Origin: Perna viridis
Lineage: Eukaryota
NCBI GenBank assembly: GCA_037379345.1
Contig: CM074524.1
Span: forward strand, 11,524,885 to 11,588,884
Length of the DNA: 64,000 nucleotides
Direction: 5' to 3'
Both the position numbers and the translations under genes were made by a program. Under the pieces are notes generated by a model. That model did no database searches. It saw nothing but the letters and a program-made list of their open reading frames with translations, and was not told the DNA's origin. The first letter of the stretch is position 1; every line of letters starts with the position of its first letter. Positions 1-11,953 of the stretch are shown one piece after another.

Positions 1-202
1 TTAACCATGAGCTTTATAGTATTTTAACTACTAAATAGATTTTGATGAAGTAGATATGTACGAAGGAGGAATATTATTGGCTAATGCCTGCTGAGGTGAT
101 TATCCATCTTCAGAGATTTAAGCCCACTTGATGCAGTAGTCTTTTTTAAATGAGCTTAATTAAAAATTTCACATATCTTCATTTTTTTGTATAATTAAAC
201 AG

Positions 203-289
203 GTTGATTGTACTGTAAGCAGTACCCTTTGCAGTACTCTTGAGGTCAGAGGTTATCCAACATTGCTCTTCTTTAAAGATGGACAAAAG
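203..289 (+). CDS. TXNDC5: TXNDC5-like PDI, internal exon A (gene starts upstream of the window)
   Basis: AG at 201-202, GT at 290, 87 nt. Encodes VDCTVSSTLCSTLEVRGYPTLLFFKDGQK, the VDCT..C..VRGYPTL part of a thioredoxin domain. Confidence 0.92.
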
Positions 290-669
290 GTTAGTACGAT
301 AGTCAGTCTCCTGTATAGAGGTAACAAAGCATTTACGCAACTGCCATATTAAATACTAAACCCCACCTCTTTATGTAAATTGGTACAGGATTAAGGGAGG
401 AGCATTTCCAAGCATTGTTTTATATTTTTTTCTCTTAAACCGGTATATATAGTACTGTCCATACAGTTTTGTTACAATGTACTACACATTCATTTAAAAA
501 ATGTATTATTCAAGAATACAAGTTAGAACTTTTCTATTTCTACTTTACTAATATCAGATGAAAGTTATCGACACTTGTATTAATGCACTTAGAAATTTCA
601 TAATTAGAAAACAAAGAAAAATACTTGATTGGTTGTGTAATTAGTGCCAGTAGATTTTTTGTCAATGTA

Positions 670-876
670 CTGTGAAGCGAGAAATTTTCCCAGCATTTTT
701 TTCTCATGATTTTGGTAATCTATCTACAATTGAGCAGTTTTAAATGCATGATCTTTTTTATAATTATTTTATAATGTTCTTTAAAAAAAATTAACTACAG
801 CTTTATTTTCACATTACAGCTCTTACTGCAAAAATAGTGAAGATGAAAACTGCAGCAAAAAATTCACAGTTTACAG
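670..876. mobile_element. TA-flanked MITE with tactgt...acagta termini (similar element at ~34360-34565)
   Basis: ta|ctgtgaagcgagaaatttt ... aaaattcacagtttacag|ta. Confidence 0.55.
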
Positions 877-910
877 TATAAGAAATTGTTCAATACCTTT
901 TTCACTCTAG

Positions 911-1039
911 GTGGACAAGTATGCTGGAGCTAGAGATCTAGAAGTTTTCAAGACATATGTCAACAAGATGATCAATAGAGAGGATAAGAACGAAGATGAG
1001 GAAGGAAAAGTTCCAGAGAAAGCTGCTTCAGAGATCAAG
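911..1039 (+). CDS. TXNDC5: TXNDC5-like exon B (end of Trx domain plus acidic linker)
   Basis: ctctag|GTG...AAG|gtcagg, 129 nt, in frame with exon A. Encodes VDKYAGARDLEVFKTYVNKMINREDKNEDEEGKVPEKAASEIK. Confidence 0.9.
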
Positions 1040-1348
1040 GTCAGGATACACAAATTTAGATAATCCTGTCAAAATTAAACTGTATAATTATAAATTGATG
1101 GAAAGTCAAAATCAGGCTAGATTTTGTGAAAAGTCTCAGGTTTCTTCCAGTCATTCCTTAGATTGCTTGAAATTGATAGTTTAAGGGCAAAATCTAGGGT
1201 TTGATTTTTATGGAACTAAGGCCTGAACAGCATTAGGAGGAAGATGGATAAAACAAGATCGTTTGTAACCAAGTTGGGATTTTCTATGTAAAAGTTCTCA
1301 AAATTCACAATTGTTATTATACAGTTTGTTGAATGACATGTGATTTAA

Positions 1349-1730
1349 GTACTTCTCTGTCTAAGAATCAGGCAAAAATGTGTATAAGGTGTGGCATATG
1401 AAGGAAAAGCACACAGAGATTTTATTGCATTAACCAAGTATTTATACCTGATAAACTCCAGAAATGTGTTTATAAAATTTGCCATTTTAAGATATTTATA
1501 GGTCAAATTTAGTTGAAAATGAAATGCACTGTGGAAATATGGCGGAAACATTTTCTCACATTTTTTCCTTATATAAGCAGTCAAAAATATCTACGTCACA
1601 GATGCTTCAGGATAAATTTTAAAAGCGTTTCAGTTGTTTTCTAGATGTAGTGAATATATTTATGGCAAAAAAGACCAAATTGGGAATTTTGATGTGCTAC
1701 CCATTGCCTGATTCTTACACAGAGTGGTAC
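1349..1730. mobile_element. TTAA-flanked MITE, taagaatcaggca family (inverted relative at ~62115-62480)
   Basis: ttaa|gtacttctctgtctaagaatcaggcaa ... ttgcctgattcttacacagagtggtac|ttaa. Confidence 0.85.
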
Positions 1731-1757
1731 TTAACAGATCCTTTTTTTAACATTTAG

Positions 1758-1840
1758 GGAGAGCCTCTTGTACTTAATGATGCTACTTTCAAGGATGCCA
1801 TTGCTAAAGGAGTAACATTTGTCAAGTTCTATGCTCCATG
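1758..1840 (+). CDS. TXNDC5: TXNDC5-like exon C (83-nt class)
   Basis: tttag|GGA...CCATG|gtaag. Encodes GEPLVLNDATFKDAIAKGVTFVKFYAP(W); a phase-2 intron splits the active-site Trp. Confidence 0.93.
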
Positions 1841-2051
1841 GTAAGATACTAAAGGTCATATCATAGTTACTTTACCTTTATTTGAGAAAAGTCACTATAT
1901 ACATACATAAAATTAAAACATGCAATCTAGACACTACAATAAAAAAAAACAAAAACAAAAACATCAAATCTTGGGACCTCAGGACTACATGCACCGATAG
2001 GGAGATGATCTATTGTAGAGTCTAGATTGCATGTTTTAATTTAGACTTCTA

Positions 2052-2480
2052 AATCTATGAAATTTTGTAGTAGGGTTTGGTATCATATGTAGATGTGCTT
2101 GAAGGAATATAACAACTGTCACATTGGACTCCAAAGGGCGATAATTAGACACCTGAATGGCTTAAGGGATTTCTATGAAATTTTGTAGAAAGATTTGCTA
2201 TCATATGTAGATGTGCATGAAGGAATGTAGTTACTGTCACATAGGACTCCAAAGGGATATAGTCACACTTCTTAAAGGCTGGAGGGATTTCTATGAAATT
2301 TTGTAGAAATGTATGGTATCATATATAGATGTGCATGAAGGAATATAATAACTGTGATACAGGACTCCAAAGGGAAATAATAAAACTTCAAAACGGCTTA
2401 ATGGGATTTCTATGAAATTTTGTAGAAAGGTTAAGTATCATATGTAGATGTGCATGATGGAATATAATTACTGTCACAAA
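2052..2480. repeat. ~118-bp tandem repeat, about 4 units
   Basis: tctatgaaattttgtag...tatcatatgtagatgtgc recurs at about 2054, 2172, 2290 and 2409. Confidence 0.9.
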
Positions 2481-2697
2481 AAAAAACAAAAAAACAACTC
2501 CAATGGAGATGATCCACCTTGAAGCTTTTACATGTTTAAAATCGCCTGAATATAGCTGAAATATTGCTGCTCGGGCGTTAAACCCCAACAAACAAACAAT
2601 CTAAACTGTTCAAGGGTTTTTATTAAAATTGTATAGAAACGTTGGTCATCACATGTATATATGCATAACGGAATGTAAATAATAAATAAAATTCTAG

Positions 2698-2824
2698 GTG
2701 TGGACATTGCAAAAGATTGGCGCCAACATGGGATGATTTAGCCAAGAAGTACAGTGATGAGAAAGATGTAAAAATAGCTAAAGTTGATTGTACAGAACAG
2801 AAAGAAATTTGCTCAGAGAACAAG
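2698..2824 (+). CDS. TXNDC5: TXNDC5-like exon D (127-nt class, WCGHC active site)
   Basis: ttctag|G TGT GGA CAT TGC...AAG|gtaaa. Encodes (W)[42 protein letters not shown]. Confidence 0.95.
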
Positions 2825-2884
2825 GTAAAAATGAAAATTTATAATATTCCTTTGCCTTTTTGAATGAATTTTGTTGACTTGCAG

Positions 2885-3057
2885 AATTTGACTGGACTGG
2901 ACTTTTTATGAGCAACTCAGCAGTTATTTCTAGAAAAGTGGAGGATGCTTACCCTACCTTTACACCTGGTCCATGCTCTTAGTTTTTAGTGAAGTCCAAA
3001 TTGCTCATTTACTTTTGTTTCTTTGTATGTGTTATTTTTGGTTATTTTATGTTCTTT
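2885..3057 (+). mobile_element. Penelope-like 3' repeat copy
   Basis: atgagcaactc...tttctagaaaag...gcttaccctacc...ttgctcatttacttttg, homologous to 51744-52285. Confidence 0.85.
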
Positions 3058-3419
3058 TCCTGATAAAATAATTTAATTTTGATAATTATGATAGCAGTGA
3101 TTTGTGGAATGTTCCATGTAAAAAAAATAAAGAGTCACATAATTTTGATTTAGTTCATCCTCAGGAACCACCAAAAAATGTACATCAGGAAAAAATTCTT
3201 TCCCAACTATAACTTTTGTGAATAAACTGTCGGTACTTTTTGTAAGCTATACTATTGAAAGGTATGAAGACCAAATCTTCATCCTGCCTTTTCATTTCAA
3301 CAAATGTCAACAATATAAAACATTCACTATTGTCAAAGAAACAGGTCGCAATAACAACTTTTTGATTGATAAAAATATCACAAATATTATGATTAAAGGA
3401 TGTACTGTAAACATATGAA

Positions 3420-3752
3420 GGATGTAGACCTGAGGTAAGAGACACAACTCTTTCAAATCATTGGAACGTTTGTATTTAATATTTTACATCAATCTCATGT
3501 AAGCATCAAAGTAACTTGGATTGATTTCATTCTGTTCCAAATGAAAGCTTGATACGCTTTGATGAAATTGAATATGATACAAACACAACCCTGATTTCAA
3601 GATTTTACATCAATCTCATGTAAACATCAAAGTAACTTGGATTGATTTCATTCTGTTTTAAATGAAAGCTTGATAGGCTTTGATGAAATTGAGTATGATA
3701 CAAACGCATCCCTGATTTCAAGAGTAATGTCCCTTACACTAGGTCTACCTCC
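3420..3752. mobile_element. MITE family A copy with internal ~120-bp tandem duplication
   Basis: Same TIRs; 3481-3601 is repeated at 3602-3721. Confidence 0.88.
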
Positions 3753-4120
3753 TTATTTTGGCAAATTTTGTCGATGGAACATATTCATGGGTATTAATTT
3801 TTGAAGTTTCAAAAAAATGTTAGTGCTATCTAATGATACAAATCAATTTCATGTGACTAATTTTTATGCTTTTCCATCCACCATGAAATAATTAAAATTA
3901 GTACCTTGCGAAAATTAGTATGTTTACAGTATTCACTTTGTCAACAGTTGGTGGATTTTAATAAAACTTGGAATACAGTTATTACAGATTTAATCAGATA
4001 TGTCTGCATATTAGTTCTCTATTATACTTACACCATTGGTGAGACATTTGTGCATTTGAGACATATAAGGACATTGACCTATAATCAATAAATCTATATG
4101 ACTCATCACTTTTTTGATAG

Positions 4121-4267
4121 GTTAGAGGTTATCCAACCTTGTTCATCTTTAAAGATGGTGAGAAGAAAGACGAGTATAATGGTGGAAGAGATATTGGAAG
4201 TCTCAGCATGTATGTCGATAAATTTACTGGTGGTAGTAGTGAGTCTGGAGATAGTGCCGATACTAAG
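4121..4267 (+). CDS. TXNDC5: TXNDC5-like exon E (VRGYPT class plus linker)
   Basis: gatag|GTT...AAG|gtatgt, 147 nt. Encodes [49 protein letters not shown]. Confidence 0.93.
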
Positions 4268-4380
4268 GTATGTATAATATTAACCCTTACTTCATGCATG
4301 TAAAACAATCTGATTTCTTTCAGAGAAGAATCCATGGAGCTGCTACAGATAGCAAAATTTTTCCACGCCTATCAATAACT

Positions 4381-4725
4381 CCCATTTAAGCCACTCATTG
4401 TTTCTTCTCCATCTCCAATTTAAGCCCCCCCCCCTTGTTTCTTATCCATCACCAATTTAAGCCCCTCTTTGTTTCTTATCTTTCTCCAATTTAAGCCCCT
4501 TCTTGTTTCTTATCCATCTCCAATTTAAGCCCTCCTTGTTTCTTATCCATCTCCAATTTAAGCCCCTCCTTGTTTCTTATCCATCTCCAATTTAAGCCTC
4601 TCCTTGATTTTATCCATCTCCCGTTTAAGCCTCTCCTTGTTTCTTATTCACCTCCAATTTAAGCCCCTCCTTGTCTCTTATCCATTGCCAATTTAAGCCT
4701 CTCCTTGTTTTTATCCAACTCCCAT
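4381..4725. repeat. ~35-bp minisatellite, about 10 units
   Basis: Unit ccaatttaagcccctccttgtttcttatccatct. Confidence 0.93.
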
Positions 4726-5090
4726 TATCTGTTTTACTATTAGTTCTTTTTCATATTAACGGAATGCAAGCTATTTTGGCATGTCTTTCTAAGGGACATT
4801 ACCCACCAATGTATGACAACCTGGTTGGAGGTCTCATTGGGGAAAGGAAGATCTGTAAACACTATTCTTTGATTCTAAAACTATTTGCACTAGGTCAGTA
4901 CCTCAATGGTTTGAAGTAATTTATTTTAAAGTATCCCAATGCTTACTGCAGTCCAAATGAATGAAATTTTTGAGTTTGAAGTCTACTGCTGTCCAGTGCT
5001 CCAATCAGACAGTAAACCACTGTGTCAGGTTGGAGAGTTACTTCTCTTTGCTAAAAATTTTTGAAAAAGAAGTCTAAGTCAGGATTATGA

Positions 5091-5418
5091 AAGAGCAATC
5101 AAGGGAACCAAGGTAATAGCAGTAATCAGAAGAATGTAATCCAGGGACAAAGACCAGACATGGAAAACACACACACACAACAAAGAATATAAAGTAACTA
5201 AAATAAAACATACAAAGTAGCAAAAGTAAATGAGCAACGCGAAATCCACTAAAAACTGGGAGCGTGGACCATGTGCACAGTAGAGTAAGCGTCCTATGTC
5301 AAGTCAACAGTCAAGTCTGGGGTAGACAAAAGAGGAAAGGAAAACTATGACACATTGAACAAATAAGTTTTTATGGCGCAGAGGGATACACCATAATGAT
5401 ACACAAGTTCATGATGAA
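5091..5418 (-). mobile_element. Penelope-like 3' repeat copy including the end of the coding tail
   Basis: aagggaaccaagg...ccagggacaaagaccagacatggaaaac...gatacaccataatgatacacaagttcatgatga, collinear with 51744-52090. Confidence 0.88.
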
Positions 5419-5707
5419 AAAGGACTATTGATTTCATGTAACAACTACAGTCAAGCCTGCCTAAACAACCACATGTATTCAGCAATTACCTAATGATTTA
5501 GAATACCCCTATGAAGTTCATTTTATGCAAATGAACCCACCTGTCTAATGTGACCATGATTTTACTCTCTGTTGAAAGGTCATATAAGACAGCTGTAGTT
5601 TTTTGTCCTGATATATAATACTTGAAATACTTGCAGCTTGATATTTTGTGATGCTTTATTTGGTAAAATATCAATATAAAAATATAACAACCATTCATCT
5701 TTTTCAG

Positions 5708-5790
5708 GATCTTGTAGTAGATTTAAATGCAGAGAACTTTGAAGGAGCCATTGAAACTGGAGTCACTTTTGTCAAGTTTTTTGCTCCATG
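5708..5790 (+). CDS. TXNDC5: TXNDC5-like exon F (83-nt class)
   Basis: tttcag|GAT...CCATG|gtaagt. Encodes DLVVDLNAENFEGAIETGVTFVKFFAP(W). Confidence 0.93.
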
Positions 5791-6739
5791 GTAAGTTATA
5801 GATTTATGAAATATTTAGGGCCTGCTACGAAGTAGAATGGAGGAACTGTCAGTCCTACGAAAGTTTACATTTTGTATTTTGTATAATGTAAGAAAAAGGC
5901 TTCCATCACACTACTTTTTCTTCTGAAACAATACTATACACCTCATGCATGTCATTGTTTTTAGAACAAACAGTCTATAAATGTAATGACAATTATTGGA
6001 GGCAGGTGTAACCTGTGAGAGGGCAGTTATTAACTTGCATGGCCTTAATAGACAAGTCATGCACTAACAATGAGGTGTTGTCCTAAGTTCTGAGAGACTT
6101 GAATGACAGGTCTGTTGACCAAAACATAATGTAAACATATTAATTTTCACCTGAACATTTTTGCATTTTCAAAAAAAAATGATAAGCCTTATACAGTGTT
6201 CAAGACCCATTTTCATGAGTACTATTTTTTTGTGATTTTCTGTCCATAGCAAAAAATAGTACAACTCGAAAATGAATACATTTACAGTATTTTAAACTTA
6301 CATGTATGCACAGTTCATGTGAGACTAAAATAAACCTTCAGTGGTTGGTTCTGAGGTCATAGATCAAATTTGTTTAATAGAGGTTTGGTCTTTTTTTTCA
6401 AATAGAAATTGTGATTTTATTAAATTTTGCCGCAGGACCATGAAGTTTTATTTTACCTTTGTTGCCATTACAGCAAAATAATTGGAGATCACATTAAAAG
6501 TAAAATGTTTATAGAAATTATGCTGTCTATCTATTCATCTGTCCATCCACATTTCCTGTCTGCAACTCCTCTCAAATTTTTTATCATATGTCATATGATG
6601 CTATTGTGCATCTCTTTTTTTCCCCATCTGTATGACTTTGAGGATTTCCTGTATAGTGTCTTTTGGGTGGTAGTGGGGTACAAATATATCACTGATTTTT
6701 CAGTTTTAAAAATATGTATTACCTGTTCGTATATTTTAG

Positions 6740-6866
6740 GTGTGGTCACTGTAAAAGATTAGCCCCCACTTGGCAAGATCTTGCCAAGCAGTATGAAGAT
6801 ATTCAAAGTGTAAAAATAGCCAAGGTAGATTGTACTCAGCATAAAGAATTGTGCCAACAATACAAG
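6740..6866 (+). CDS. TXNDC5: TXNDC5-like exon G (127-nt class, WCGHC active site)
   Basis: ttttag|G TGT GGT CAC TGT...AAG|gtaaga. Encodes (W)[42 protein letters not shown]; overlaps ORF 6714..6917. Confidence 0.95.
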
Positions 6867-7193
6867 GTAAGACTGACTAGGGTTACTTTAATTTTCTTTT
6901 GTTTTCTGTGGGTTTGATATGCTAAACACCGAACGGTACCCTTGTTTGAGATTTGTTCTGTTTTGTTGATTTTTTTATGGAGTTATGCCCCTTTATCTTG
7001 CAAAAAATTCTGTAACCAATATTAAAACTTTGAGATATTGAACTGATGTTTGGTATGCAGGGTTATATCAATGTGTTTCATACTTAGATTGAGTTCTGTT
7101 CCAATTCATTAACTTTGGAGTGATGCCCCTGATGACTTTAGAAAAATTATACTGCAGGTATGGGCATTCAGTGAACTTTATTTTTGTTTGCAG

Positions 7194-7331
7194 GTAAGAG
7201 GCTATCCAACGCTAATGCTGTTTAAAAATGGTGAGCAGAAATCAGATTATAATGGAGGAAGAGATCTTACTGGCCTCAGTTCATTCTTAGATACATTTGT
7301 TTTCACTGGAGATATGAAAGATGAACTTTGA
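7194..7331 (+). CDS. TXNDC5: TXNDC5-like terminal exon H ending in KDEL
   Basis: tttgcag|GTA AGA...CTT TGA. Encodes VRGYPTLMLFKNGEQKSDYNGGRDLTGLSSFLDTFVFTGDMKDEL*, with an ER-retention signal. Confidence 0.95.
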   Translation, partial: VRGYPTLMLFKNGEQKSDYNGGRDLTGLSSFLDTFVFTGDMKDEL

Positions 7332-8263
7332 TAAGGAACATAATCTAGATAAATATTAATCAATTTTTTTAAACTTTATATGTGAAAAATACTCCTTGAA
7401 AAAGGGAGATAATCTTAATAATACACCTGAGATATAAAAAGCTCATCTGTGAACTTAAAAACAGGGAGAATTCAGAGAAATACAAATTTATTGTTAGCAA
7501 GAAAGATAAACAGCAATCAGGGGAGACAATCTAATAAATGACTACTTATGCAACTTAGTTTCAGAGGATGTCTTGAAACCTTTTTTTTTAAATGTGAGAA
7601 TTTTTTTTTTTTTTTTTGGGGGGGGGGGGTGTTGGGGGACATATTGCTTATCTTATTTTTGGACTTTCTTTGTTTCTCTGTTCCCTGGGTCATGAGGCTG
7701 CTTGTCCTTTTTTCCCTAATTTTCAAACTTCTTTTGAAAGATGGATAATTTAATGGTTTTATTATATCTTTAGGTACATGTAATAGAAGTAGTTTGACTT
7801 ATCATGTAGTTACTTATGTTGGAAACCTATTTTTGATCTTGTGTTGTTTTTTTTTTTTTTGTGGGAATTCCATTTTTAAGATCTCTTTTTTCATTGTGGG
7901 ATATATATACTTACGAGTTAAGGGGCTTTTTTTTATTTTTCAATTTGCAGGTTTATTTTCATTTTGTTTTGCATTTGCATGGGGATTTTTGTACATTGAT
8001 CGTAAATTCCAATGTTATCAAATGACCAGTCTTAAGAATCAGGCAGTTTGACCAACTGTCAACAAATGTTAAAAAAAGCATGGAGTGTTTTATATTGAAA
8101 CTGGTACAAACGGATATACATAAATTCTACTTAAGCTTCATCAGTTACATCATGTTAACAAACCACTCAAAACAGACATATAGGAATTTGTTCTTAAAGG
8201 TGCTGCACAGTGGAAAGCATCTACAGCAACAGCTGTGAACTATTATTTATAAAAAAAAATTAA

Positions 8264-8474
8264 GGAGGTAGACCTATGGTTAGGGACACAACTCTTACAA
8301 ATCATTGGAACCTTTATATTCAGCATTTTACATCAAACTTGTGTAGGCATTAAAGTAACTTGGACTGATTTCATTCTATTTCAAATGAAAGCTTGAAAGG
8401 CTTAGGTGAAATTGAATGATCCAAACATATCACTGATTTTACTGAGTTATATCCCTTACCTAAGGGGGTCCTCC
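8264..8474. mobile_element. MITE family A copy
   Basis: ttaa|ggaggtagacctatgg...ggtcctcc|ttaa; internal sequence is the reverse complement of 13189-13400. Confidence 0.88.
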
Positions 8475-8862
8475 TTAAACACCAATCAGTAAGAAAATCA
8501 ATCCTATGCCTGATTCTTGAAAAGACTTGTGTGAAGATGATTTTTTTTTTAAATCATTGCTTAATACTCTTTATACTTGTCTTGTTGATGAGAGTCTTCG
8601 TTTCTTTTTGTTGTAGGAAAAATAATGTGTTATTTAAATTTTTTTTTATATATTATGCCCATCATATGAAGTTTCGTTTAATTTTTTGAATTATTTATAT
8701 TTTATCTGTTTTTTCTTACTGATGTATGATTAAGAATCTAATATTATGACATTGATGATGACTTTGCAATGCAATATACATGCAAATTATGTTAATATAG
8801 ATCATGTATTACATTTGATGACCAAAATTGGTTATTTTTGAAAATTTACTCTCAAGATTTGC

Positions 8863-8960
8863 CATGCTACATGACTATTTTTCACATACCGGGTATACAT
8901 GCTACATGACTATTTTCCACATACCGGGTATACATGCTACATGACTATTTTCCACATACA
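8863..8960. repeat. 35-bp tandem repeat, about 2.7 units
   Basis: Unit catgctacatgactattttccacataccgggtata. Confidence 0.9.
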
Positions 8961-10222
8961 TTCATATATATTGGCCCTGGTTCATTCTTCACATTTGGCC
9001 ATTTAACATATATGAAAACGCCCATTTTACACTGTTATCTGAAATTTGACCATGTATAAATTAATATTACCTATTTACATATCAGGCAATATTGCTATAT
9101 TACACATGTACTGTATGATTTATATGTTTAATGTATGTTAGATATTATAGGCCATACTACATGAACTATATTAAAATTAAGTATTTATTGAAGGGTTTAT
9201 CCCTACTTAATTCACCATTTCATTCATTTCTTTTTATTGTGTGTGCTGGAGTGATTGTTTTTAAGTTATTATGAAAAAGCACTATGTATTATTTGTTTGG
9301 AAGAAGTCAATCAAAGTACTTAGGTACTGCTAACTCGGAAACCAATTCAGAGTTAGGGAATCAAACATACTAGTAATCAAGTAAAATAGACGAACATTTA
9401 GATGAAAAAGCATATACTGGTAGAAATAAGATATCATGATGTTCATGACAGAATTTTTTGTCACTAAAATTTTATTTCTCTATGGAAGAAAAGTGCAAGT
9501 CAGTGGTCCAAATTTACTTCCAAATGTGGAAAGTCCAGAAATTTTTACAAGTATCAAATGAATAGTCCATTTGAAGTAAAACTTAAGTCCTCAATCAATT
9601 ATCAGTAAATACAGTCAAAGGTCCGAGACCTTTGTATGTGAAACTTCAGATGAATGGTGTCAGAAATTTAGGGTCACGGACCTGAGACCTCCACTACTTT
9701 GAACCCATATGTAAATATGATATTTTAGACCACAGTTAACAAAATCTTCTGGGTATTTGATATTTTTTAAAAGAATTTTTTTGACTGGAGAATATGAAAT
9801 ATGTAGGGACAAAACATTTTCATGAGAATTGCATCTTTACTAGTAAAAATTTAAGGAGAATGGTTGTTAATTTATATTTATTTACCAAATTATTTTTTAA
9901 AATTTTCTTTGTGTATGGTTTTGTCAGATTAAATTTGAACAATGTAAGTTAGTTGTACATGAATATCCCAAAATACCAATTAATAAATATTGTAAATTTG
10001 GGTATGCTGTACAAGTGTTTCAAGGAGTAACCTTTCATCGGCAGTTCTGAGCTTCCAGAAGAAAAGTTTATAGCCTTAGCATAGTTGAATCAGAGGGATG
10101 CCCATAGCCTATAGCATTTAAAGTGTATGTTATATAAAATAATAAATATTGAGTGTGTGTATTTGTATTTAGCCTCAGATAGCTATGGTCAGTACATCTC
10201 TTTTTCCTGTAATGCTTTTAAA

Positions 10223-10606
10223 GTGTAAGTCTTTGTAAGAATCAGACAAAAAGGGGCATAAAAGAAATTTGTTTGCCTTAAATCCACAGATCTGACAAAA
10301 TTTCGCTCAAGGATGATTTCTCTTTTTTAAAGCACCACTATTTGATTTCTGCACCACTGCAATTGTTTAGAAATTTTTTAATAGACTGTTAGAAAAAGGG
10401 AGGTTTTTGTCAGAGTTACCTGCCCTTAAAACGCTCATTGTCAGTGCATTTCAATGAAATCATAACTCAATTTACCAAAATGATATGGAAAATCTTGTCC
10501 TTTTCCTTAATTATGATGGTGCAAGAAGTCAAATTACACTTTCAAAATAGTGTTTTTTTTTCATACCATGTTTCAGCCACTGCCTGATTCTTACAGAGAC
10601 TGACAC
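10223..10606. mobile_element. MITE, taagaatcaggca family
   Basis: gtgtaagtctttgtaagaatcagaca ... tgcctgattcttacagagactgacac|ttaa. Confidence 0.8.
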
Positions 10607-10638
10607 TTAATCAACCCAATCACTAACTGTTTTTTCTA

Positions 10639-11172
10639 CAGTGAAACCTGTTAAAACCAAACTCTTTTTGCCTGTACAGAATATAGTAGGTTAAGACAGG
10701 TGTTCAGTTTACACAAGCAAATATTTTTCATGTGAAATTCATGTTAATTGAGCTTCACATGAAATTCATGTGAAATTCGTGTTAATCGAGCTTCACATGA
10801 AATTCATGTGAAATTCATATGAAGTTAACATGATTTTCATGTGAAATTCATATGAAATTAACATTATTTTCATGTGAAATTCACTAAATACTAATTTCAT
10901 GTGAAATTCACTAAACACTAATTTCATGTGAACATTTTGTGTGAATTTCACATGAAGGCTCCATTCACCCGAACTTCACGTGAACTCTGTCACTTAGTTT
11001 ATTTGCTTAATTCAGGTGAAATCATGTGAAATTCGTGTGAAAATCATGTGAAATAACTTCGCCTGTGTACCAAGTTTTAAAATATAAGCTAATATGTAGG
11101 ATATTCAAAAAGCAGCTGGTTCAGACAGGTTGTTTTTGTTAAATCGGGGTTCAGTTTATGCAGGTTTCATTG
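10639..11172. mobile_element. Tc1/mariner-like MITE containing a nested TA-flanked MITE (10712-11067)
   Basis: Outer element ta|cagtgaaacctg...caggtttcattg. Inner element ta|cacaagcaaa...ttcgcctgtg|ta is filled with ttcatgtgaa/ttcacatgaa units. A short copy of the inner element lies at 12617-12737. Confidence 0.75.
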
Positions 11173-11224
11173 TTCAAAATCTGTCTATAGTGTCTTCTTT
11201 TTCTTTGAAAATACATAATTTTAA

Positions 11225-11953
11225 AGCTGCATTAGCCGTCATTTTCGTAAAAAAAATTCTGTTGAAATATTCCTTTGTTCTTCTAAATTGCACTTTTCCT
11301 ATGTAATTTCATTCGATATCCACAAATAAAATGTGTTAAATACATGAAATAGGTGCCTATATATTTATTGTCTTGCAAGACAAAAACTGACGTAGATAAA
11401 TTCGTATGCATGTGACTTCTGGTGACCTTAATCCACGCATGTGCTGTAAGGGTCGCTTTTTTAAAAACAAATCTGATAAGCGAAAGTGATTCAAATCAAA
11501 GGCAAGGAAGACCGATGGACCCGAGCCATAAAAGAAAAAAAAAGTTCGAATATAATGCAAGAATCCTTTTGAAATTTACGTATTGTGATATATTGAGGCA
11601 CATATACGGTCAGTAACTGTCATTATTTATTTGAAAACTAATCAAGAAGTAGATGAAACGAAATGTAAACAAGACATGTGCTTACCTGTGTATCCGTTAT
11701 TGTAATTTTTTTCAAGGTTAAAGTATTTTTAACCCGGGTTAATGTCCTGTCGGCAATCTTCGGAAGTAATGGCGAAAAATAATAAGATCTTAGCTATCGA
11801 TCTTCTTTGATTGAAAAAAGAAAAACGTTTTTCCAATATTCTGTAGGTGTTATTGACATTTATTGCTTCTATTGCAGTATTACAAACTTATTTCATTTTA
11901 TCAGCATAATTCAGTAGAATCAAAACTGAACAAATTTGGCAGCTAATGCAGCT
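11225..11953. mobile_element. Non-autonomous TTAA-flanked DNA transposon (Kolobok-like)
   Basis: ttaa|agctgcattagc ... gctaatgcagct|ttaa: perfect 12-bp TIR plus TSD, 729 bp, no ORF. Confidence 0.8.

Noticed and set aside
3185-3445. ORFs 3185..3445 and 3218..3418 as extra exons
   Set aside because: Intronic, no thioredoxin similarity, adjacent to a MITE; exons D and E already join in frame.
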